64,000 nucleotides of DNA. It comes from Eledone cirrhosa (lineage: Eukaryota). Positions 56,350 to 64,000 of the stretch are shown here, piece after piece. The stretch spans positions 94,240,001-94,304,000 of the forward strand of contig OZ024746.1 of NCBI GenBank assembly GCA_964016885.1, given 5' to 3'. A program made the position numbers and the translations under genes. The first letter of the stretch is position 1, and every line of letters begins with the position of its first letter. Below the pieces are notes generated by a model. The model was given only the letters and a program-made list of their open reading frames with translations. It was not told the origin of the DNA and ran no database searches.

Positions 56350-56535
56350 TATATATATCTTGGTTGTCCATCGTAAACGATGATGACATCTTCTTTATTG
56401 TTGTTCCCGTCTGCCGTGGGTACGAAGGTGGCTGCGGAGGCCGATCCTTGACTTGCAGGTCTGGGGAACAGTGGGGGCAGGGGAAGAGACCGGAGTCAGA
56501 CTGGCAACTCCCAAAGGTTACCTCCACCTCTCGCT
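56350..56535 (-). mobile_element. RTE LINE 3' end fragment
   Basis: With one frameshift, reads FPCPHCxQTCKSRIGLRSHLRTHGRREQQ* (RTE C-terminal C2H2 finger), then a catcgtttacgatg hairpin and tail. Confidence 0.8.
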
Positions 56536-56548
56536 AAATATTAATACT

Positions 56549-56805
56549 AAGATTTCTAGTATAGGCACAAGGTCAATAATTTGGGAGGAGGGGAAAGTCG
56601 ATTAAATCGATTCCAGTACGTGACTGGTACTTTATTTTATCGACCCCGCAAGTATGAAAGGTAAAGTTAATTCCGCCGAGGTTAACTTTGCCTTTCATCC
56701 TTACGGGGTCGATAAAATAAAGTATCAGTAATGCACTGGGGTCAATTTAATCGACTTTCCCCTCACCCAAAATTGCTGGCCTTGTGTCTATATAAGAAAT
56801 CATTA
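56549..56805. mobile_element. Two family-A SINE 3' halves in inverted orientation
   Basis: 56549-56670 (minus) pairs with 56680-56805 (plus). Confidence 0.85.
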
Positions 56806-57361
56806 TTACTAAATAATAAAAAATATTTGAGACTATCGAATCCACATAATTTATAATAAATAAAAATTGATAAAGAAAAAAAACACGAATTTAGCTGCAG
56901 GCGATGTTTTGAATCTTATCTGAAGTAACTTCAATATCCGTGTCAGGAGCTTTTATTGTTAACAGAAATAAATAAATATCACAGCGTCTGTATCCTTTTG
57001 AGAGTGACTAAGAGACATTGATTCTGCCCTTCCCATGTCGTTAAAAAGAAGGTTTGTGGCTATAAAATTGGTTTTCTCTTGACTGAAAATTGTCTGTCTG
57101 TTTTGTGGTTCTACCGATAAAACAGTTTATTCGCAAAATCTTTAATTTTCTGACAACTTTTGACTTGGCCTCGGCATATTAAATTTAATTCATTGATTGA
57201 CTTAAACGTATCAGTTAAATTATATTTTATAAAATGTTTTTTTTTATTGCAGTATTTATCCATTGCTCGACAACACAGAGGAACGCATGTTAACCAAATA
57301 CCGAGCCGTCATCGGCAGCTTCCTTTTTGTGCCAGTTGTCGTCGAAACCTCCAGTATTCTC

Positions 57362-58050
57362 ATAAAGGGCCGTAACTATATGCCACAAAGCATGGCGTCC
57401 AACGCTCTACTAATTCTAATAATAATTGTTTCTACTTTTGGCACAAGGCCAGCAATTATCACAGTGCATTACTGGTACTTTATTTTATCGACCCCGTAAG
57501 GATGAAAGGCAAAGTTAACCGCGTGGTTTCTTATAATCGACTTATATAAGCACAATGCCAGGAATTTTTGGGGGAAGGGAAAGTCGATTAAATCCACCCC
57601 AGTGCGTGACTGGTACTTTATTTTACCGACCCCGTAAGGATGAAAGGCAAGGCGGGATTTGATCTCAGAAGTAAAGGGTCATAACTATATGCCACTAAGC
57701 ATGGCGTCCAACGCTCTACTAATTTTAATAATTGTTTCTACTTTTGGCACAAGGCCACCAATGGTACTTTATTTTATCGACCCCGTAAGGATGAAAGGCA
57801 AGGCGGGATTTGATCTCAGAAAGTAAAGGGGTCATAACTATATGCCACTAAGCATGGCGTCCAACGCTCTACTAATTTTAATAATTGTTTCTACTTTTGG
57901 CACAAGGCCACCAATGGTACTTTATTTTACCGACCCCGTAAGGATGAAAGGCGAAGTTAGTCTCGGCGGGATTTGAACTAAGAACGTAAAGGGCCATAAC
58001 TCTATGCTGCTAAATAATTTGTCCGACCCTCTACCGATACTGCCAATCCA
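57362..58050 (-). mobile_element. Cluster of family-A SINE pieces with local tandem duplication
   Basis: tggtactttattttatcgaccccgtaaggatgaaaggc recurs four times; 57610-57765 and 57765-57915 are near-identical. Confidence 0.85.
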
Positions 58051-58597
58051 ATAATGATAATAGTAAGAAGAATGACATTTAGTGCGGTATTCGAGAAGAA
58101 GGGAGGCTGTCCAGTATAGTCAACCTTTGACCTCACATCCTCTTCCCTCATTCAAAAGATGATTAATTTGTCTGTGACGGCAGGTGCTCTATTACCGCGG
58201 GATTCCCCCCCACAAAAGAAAGAACGCCCCCCTGGAAGCGTCAATTCCGTTCATACTTCGAGCAAATAATACAGCCTTTTTTTAACCCCCCCCCCCCCCC
58301 ATGCCCCCCACCTCCAAATAATTTCATGCTAGCATCAGCAGCAGCGGAAGAATTGTTCTTCAGTCTATTGTTGCTATAATGGAAATATATAACACGGCGA
58401 CTGGTTAAACCCTTAGCATTTAAAGCGGCCGTATCTGGCCAGAATTCTTTCTGTTCAAACCGGCTGTAACTGGCTGCTCATACTGATGTTAAGGTATTGT
58501 TCTCAAAATAAATAATATCCAAATCTCATAGATTTGATATTATGTGAGATAATTATGTGAGGTAAAGCCTTTACCATGAACATATGACAGTGGTATC

Positions 58598-58800
58598 TAG
58601 TACAGGCACAAGGCAGCAATTTTGGGGTAGGGGAAAGTCGATTAAATCGACCCCAGTACGTTACTGGTGCTTTATTTTATCGACCCCGTAAGGATGAAAG
58701 GTAAAGTTAACCTCGGTGGGTTTTGAACTTATACCGTAAAGGGCCGTAACTCTATGCTGCATGGCATGGCGTCCGACCCTCTACCGATACTGCCAACCAC
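58598..58800 (-). mobile_element. tRNA-derived SINE (family A)
   Basis: Full-length reverse copy. Confidence 0.85.
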
Positions 58801-59158
58801 CAATATATGATAGTAAATATAGAGTAATTTAAATGCTGAAGGGTGAAGCAGTTGGCCAAATTTCATTTACTATAGCCTTGGGTCGATTCAAGCCTTGTGA
58901 TTGAAAATAGGTTGACGGAAACTGTTTGGAAGCCCATAAGATGCAATGTACCTTTAATTCAGAGAGCCAACCTTGTCACATACTGTGTCATGCTGTATTA
59001 CTGAGAATACCTGCCGAATATGCAACCAGTTACACGTAAATTCAAATGCAGACACTTCCGTTGGTCGAAACCGATGGAGGTCCATTCCTCATTCATGTAG
59101 TTTTTGTTGTTGTTGTTGTTATTGTTGTGGTAGTTATGTATGTATGTATGTATGTCTG

Positions 59159-59761
59159 TCAGGTCACCAGTTGGTGCTACTGGTAACATGTATTCCAGTA
59201 CAACCTGTCCCATGGTCGGGTCGTTGGCGACTAAACTGGCAACCCCACCAAGGTTTCTTGGTGAGGAGGGTGACTTTGGATATCCTGCAGGACTAAAAAC
59301 AAAACCTGTCAAAGGGCAAAGGAGCTCTTAAGAGTCAATGGCCATCCAAAATCACCGGGAGAGATGACCCCTTAGCCTTTGTCAAGGCAGAATTCTAGGA
59401 GAAGGAAAACTCTGATATAACACCTGCAACCCTGATGATATCCAATGATGTTGACTTGTTCTTTTTGGTAAATATCATCTTGGTTAAGAGAGTGGGACTG
59501 GCTTTGTGCAGTGCCTTTGCTCACTATAAAAGCTTCACGGCACAGACATTGCTTTATATCTGGAGATCTCTCTGCACTTGTCGTCACATGGTACCATGGG
59601 CCCAGCACTATGTGTCAATAATTGTCACAAGTGTAGTCTTTGTACAGAGTTTTCAAGTCGCTGGCTGGACTAAAAAGTCACACTCGTTCAGCGCATCGGT
59701 AGGGGTTCTCCTAGATGGATATAAAGTAGTGGCCGTACTCGAAAACGAGTTGGCAGCCACC
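59159..59761 (+). mobile_element. Bipartite RTE-derived element, near-identical to 2465-3071
   Basis: Direct alignment; flanked by (TATG)n. Confidence 0.88.
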
Positions 59762-59922
59762 ATGTATGTATGTATGTATGTATGTATGTATGTATGTATG
59801 TATGTATGTATGTATGCATGCATTATGTATGTATGTATGTATGTATGCATGTATGCATGTATGTATGTATGTATGTATGTATGTCATGTATGTATGTATG
59901 TATGTATGTATGCATGTATGTA

Positions 59923-60167
59923 TGTGAAGATATCTTTTCAAGTGAGGAAAGACTGTGCACTGAGCCAACCCCATTCTCTGAGCGACAGTAGTTATAATCC
60001 GAAAAGAAGAAAAGATCAACATCATCGGTAACCACTGAGCCGCAGGTTTTATGTGGGAGTTTAAACATATCTTCACGCATAGGCATTGCACGATAGAATT
60101 AATTAATAATTATTAATAATGGTATATCGTACAATGGCCAAACTCGATAACGAGGGGGCAGCCATCA
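59923..60167 (+). mobile_element. Bipartite RTE-derived element with inverted 5' segment
   Basis: 59923-60055 is the reverse complement of 60500-60632; the 3' part is in sense orientation. Confidence 0.75.
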
Positions 60168-60189
60168 TCATCATCATGTATATATGTAT

Positions 60190-60901
60190 GTCACCGACAA
60201 CCCGACCATGCGACCTGGTTGTACTGGGTACAACCTGTCGCATGGTCGGGTCGTCGGCGACTAAACCGGCAACCCCACCAAGTTTACTTGGTGAGGAGGA
60301 GATTTTGGACACCCTGCAGGACAAAAAAACAAAACCTGACAAAGGGCAGAAGAACTCATAAGAGTCAACGGTATTCCAAAACTGTGTAAATATGCATATA
60401 CACATGTACCGCGCGGTTAAACCACTGGGAGTGAAGGACCCCTAGCCTTTGTCAGGGCATTCTACTAGGAGAAGGCAACTCAGGAAACTGGGATAACTCC
60501 GATATAAAACCTGCGGCTCAGTAGTTACCGATGATGTTGATCTTTTCTTCTTTTCGGGTTATAGCTAGTGTCGCTCAGAGAGTGGGATTGGCTCAGTGCA
60601 CAGTCTTTCCTCACTTTAAAAAATATTTCCACGCACAGGCATTGCACGATAGAATTAATTAATTTTTTCTACTTTGGGCACAAGGTCAGCAATCATCTCA
60701 GTACATTACTGGTACTTTATTTTATCGACTCTGTAAGGATGAAAGGCAAAGTTAACCTCGGCAGGATTTGAACTCAGATCAGAAAGGGGCGTAACTCTAT
60801 GCTGCAAAGCCTGTTGTCCGACCCTTTATCAATACTGCCAAATAATTATTAATAATGGTATATCGTGCAATGGCCATACTCGATAACGAGGGGGCAGCCA
60901 T
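60190..60901 (+). mobile_element. Bipartite RTE-derived element (third subfamily) interrupted by a family-A SINE (60662-60841, minus)
   Basis: 5' module is homologous to 2465-2860; 3' module matches 60090-60167 once the SINE is removed. Confidence 0.8.
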
Positions 60902-61007
60902 CATGTATATTTGTATGTATGTTATTTTCTCTCCCATCTTTTTCCTCATTTCTCCCCGTTTCTTCCTCTCATCACTCTTCACTTTCTATTTATCTTCCAT
61001 TTCTAAC

Positions 61008-61050
61008 TCTTTCTTCTGATGAAGGACAAGTGTCCAAAATGTCAAGAGAA
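61008..61050 (+). ncRNA. Degenerate minimal hammerhead (relic)
   Basis: ttctt CTGATGA a ggaca-ag-tgtcc AAAATGTC aagagaa. The expected cGAAACGTC is altered at two CpG sites. Confidence 0.55.
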
Positions 61051-61146
61051 TCAACGGCCATATAATAGTGTGGGTTGTGACGTTCGAACGAATATCCTCC
61101 ACTACTAACTAACTTACTATCCACCTCTGGTCCCAGTCGACAGTAT

Positions 61147-61420
61147 GGAGGCACGTGGCCTAGTGGTAAGAGTGTTGGACTTACGATCATAATGTTGTGG
61201 TTTCGATTCCTGGGTTGCGTGTTGTGTTCTTGAGCAAAACACTTCATTTCACGTTGCTCCAGTATACTAAGCTGACAATGAGTACCAGCAATAGCTGGAG
61301 GTTTAACCTTGCAATGGACTGGCGTCCTGTCCAGGGGGGGGTCTTGTACTCTCAGTCGCTTCACGCCATGAAACCGGTATAAGCACCGGCCAAATGAGCC
61401 TTCTGGCTTATGACAAAGAG
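61147..61420 (+). mobile_element. tRNA-derived SINE (family B)
   Basis: Box A tggcctagtgg, box B-like tttcgattcc, body gtgttcttgagcaaaacactt, and V-domain-like gcaatggactggcgtcctgtccagggg. Confidence 0.8.
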
Positions 61421-61439
61421 ATATATATATATATATATG

Positions 61440-61685
61440 CGCGGGGACACGAAAATACTCGGTTGTGTGCCGGAGCCCGTGGTTAGACCACCGGGAAATT
61501 TGGTTCCTTTTACGACATCATTCTAGGAAAAGGAAAACTCTGCGACTGGATGGCAGTCAATGATATTGACGTGTTCATATTTTGGGATACCTGGGTACCT
61601 GTTATCATTGTTCAGACGGTTGGATCAATCTAAACGTTTTTCCATCCGTGTTGTATGAGTAAATCTGGCCGTAGTCGAAAAAGGC
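61440..61685 (+). mobile_element. Old, diverged piece of the RTE-like 5' module
   Basis: ttctaggaaaaggaaaactctg and tgatattgacgtgttc motifs colinear with the other copies. Confidence 0.5.
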
Positions 61686-61706
61686 CTTTCTTTTTTTTTC
61701 CTTGTG

Positions 61707-61855
61707 AAGGCGCATGGCTTAGTGGTTAGAGCATTCGGCTTACAATCAAAAGGTTGTGAGTTCGATTCTCGGACCGGGTGATGTGTTGTGTCCTTGAGAA
61801 AGACACTTTATTTCACGTTGCTCCAGTTTACTCAGCTGTAGAAATGAGCTGCGAT
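61707..61855 (+). mobile_element. tRNA-derived SINE (family B), truncated
   Basis: Box A tggcttagtgg, box B gttcgattc, same body as 61147. Confidence 0.8.
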
Positions 61856-61859
61856 CCTG

Positions 61860-62250
61860 CCAGATCAATGGGTGGCAGTAGTTACAGCTACACACATCGA
61901 AAGACTGGTGTAGTGGTTCTGAGAACAATGTGGCTTTGCAGATGATCAATGCAAATTGACAATGGAAAGGCTCTCCCGCTTGAGTTAGAAGAGAACTATT
62001 GACCTTCAGGAGAAGCAGCAACCCCTGATTGTATTCAGCAATCAAAACAAATATGAAGTACACTAAATCCAATGCTTCTAGGGGTGGCCCTGGTTCATCT
62101 TATTTGCCAGAGAGATTTTTTTCCTTTTCGTTGCAGTATATGCATAAAGGAATATAAATTCTTGGTAGAGCTAAAAAGACATGTTCCTGCCACCCATGTA
62201 TGGGAAAAGGGTTAAGTAATGGTAATTCTTGAAATCGGGATGTAGCCATC
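61860..62250 (+). mobile_element. Decayed RTE 3' end related to the bipartite elements
   Basis: FRCSICIKEYKFLVELKRHVPATH C2H2 finger, then ..gtagccatc(atgt) tail like the bipartite family. Confidence 0.6.
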
Positions 62251-62338
62251 ATGTATGTATAATATGTATGAATGCACACACACGCCACACCTATACTCTT
62301 TAACTTGTTTCACTCATGAGCAATAGCCATGTTGGAGC

Positions 62339-62372
<34 letters not shown>

Positions 62373-62464
62373 TATGTATATTATATATGCATACACATGT
62401 ACATGTATAGATAAATTTATATACACCACCTATAAATTAGTATATTAGTGCATGTATATATACT

Positions 62465-62699
62465 TTCCAGGGATAACTTGAACCGTTAAATATTTATAAA
62501 ACATTTTGTATTTTATCTGATGATAGCGTACCAAAACTGTTGGTACCCTTGAAATATATATAATAGAATAAATATGGTTTTATAAATATAGTTTCCATTT
62601 ATTTAATATCAATTGAATACTTACTCCAGAAATCTGTCGAGTGCTTTGAATCAGTTGTAAACATCTATATTTGTTGGATATCCAACAAATTAAATATCT

Positions 62700-62702
<3 letters not shown>
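62465..62702 (+). mobile_element. AT-rich hammerhead element (copy D) ending in tttgttgga-ta-tccaacaaa hairpin, followed by (TA)n
   Basis: Homologous to 7843-8055 and 20965-21140 (both minus). Confidence 0.75.
62491..62588 (+). ncRNA. Hammerhead ribozyme, AU-rich family (copy D)
   Basis: CTGATGA at 62517-62523, helix II gtaccaa/ttggtac, GAA ATATATAT A, helix I tattttat/atagaata plus tatttataaaac/gttttataaata. Predicted cleavage after 62562. Confidence 0.75.
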
Positions 62703-62754
<52 letters not shown>

Positions 62755-63300
62755 TTACAAATATACATTTATAGATAGATTTATATATACCACGCATATA
62801 AATTAGTATGTTAGTGCACACACAGACATATATACACTTTTGTATGTTTAAATTCGTATGTTTTTATATACATATATTCATATACATATATTAGTAATAT
62901 TAATGCATGCATACATACACACATACACACATAGGAACATACATGCATACATAAATACATACATTAATTCATACATGCTTGCATGCATATATACATACAT
63001 GCATATATACATACATACACACATACATACAAGCATGCATAGACTCTCTCCCTCTCTCTCACACACATACACATATTATATAGGATTTACCAGCTGTTCT
63101 CACTACAATGCGTATTTAGGGGTCATGGAAGTGCAAACGGGGTCATGAAAGGAACTTTGTTACTGAATTTCAAGTCTGTATCAAAGGTTTAGCATATTCA
63201 CACCATTTCACGCTGACTAATGCCTTTCAGAGGCCATGACAGATCATCTGTGCACCCTCTAACTCTGCTGGAAATAGCAGCTAATGTTTTTTTTTAAATT

Positions 63301-63397
63301 CATCCCTTAAAAATTGTAAGGAGCATTCGACAGCTTGGTTATGGTTGTTCCAACCTTAACCAATCTGTCGAATGGTCCTTACAATTTTTAAAGGATG
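63301..63397. repeat. 97-bp hairpin (47-bp arms, 3-nt loop)
   Basis: catcccttaaaaattgtaaggagcattcgacagcttggttatggttg-ttc-caaccttaaccaatctgtcgaatggtccttacaatttttaaaggatg. Confidence 0.9.
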
Positions 63398-63474
63398 ATC
63401 ATCGAAACTAACACGGAGAAAGCATCATCAGCAATTATGTTTTTATCCCACTGGGAAAAAAAATCCAGGGGTAT

Positions 63475-63735
63475 CTTCTTCTTCTTCTTCTTCTTCTTTT
63501 TCTTCTTCTTAGGGGGTCCTGGGGACCAGAGTCCTCAAACACTCCCTCCAGCAGGTCCTGTCAGAAGCAACTGTCCCCAACTGATACGGCTGGACCCCCA
63601 AGCGAGACCAGCCAAGCTCATGGATGTTATCCAATCATCTTGCTCAGGGTCTACCCCTGGGTCAGTTGCCAGTTGGTTTTGACCCTAAAATAGGTCCAGC
63701 GATTCTTTCCTGAGACATTCTAACCACATGCCCAG
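63475..63735 (-). mobile_element. RTE LINE 3' end fragment with (GAA)n tail
   Basis: LGHVVRMSQERIAGPILGSKPTGN*PRGRP*AR*LDNI..LG..ASDRTCWR: the typical RTE C-terminus, with stops. Confidence 0.85.
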
Positions 63736-64000
63736 GGGTATGTTCTGCATGAAATACGTGTCATTAAGTGTTGGCTGACATACTGAATAAAGTGGACCTA
63801 AAATAATCTTGAACAGCTGAAATTATATTTGTAATGAAAAGAAAAGTCTTTGACGCTAATCAACTTTTGTCAAGAGACGCAGGGAGAGAACTCGGAAATT
63901 TACATTTATAAAAAATATTGTTCTGCATATTCTGATAGTTCAACCGCAGCCTTTGGTTTAATGCCGGTGACTCGCTTTGATTTCTTGGTTCTGTCGCGCC

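Noticed and set aside
61147-61800. tRNA genes
   Set aside because: A/B boxes are present but there is no cloverleaf, and they run into SINE bodies.

Overview
Repeat-dense animal genomic DNA. The SINE types and very high (TA)n/(TATG)n content suggest a coleoid cephalopod such as Octopus; this is inference only. About half of the window (21484-54296) is one 40-bp satellite array with higher-order structure. The flanks hold: a degenerate R4/Dong-clade LINE whose ends abut (CATA)n; a family of bipartite non-autonomous RTE derivatives; RTE 3' fragments; tRNA-derived SINEs; hAT-type MITEs; minisatellites; and several fold-back palindromes. No intact gene is evident, though one Cys/Thr-rich phase 1-1 exon candidate lies at 17728-18204. 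The most striking signal is 11 type I hammerhead ribozyme motifs from about 6 unrelated short elements, mostly embedded in microsatellites, resembling Penelope pLTRs or retrozymes. They include one with a ~70-nt extended helix II and an almost all-AU family with a compensatory change in helix II. All structures were folded by eye.
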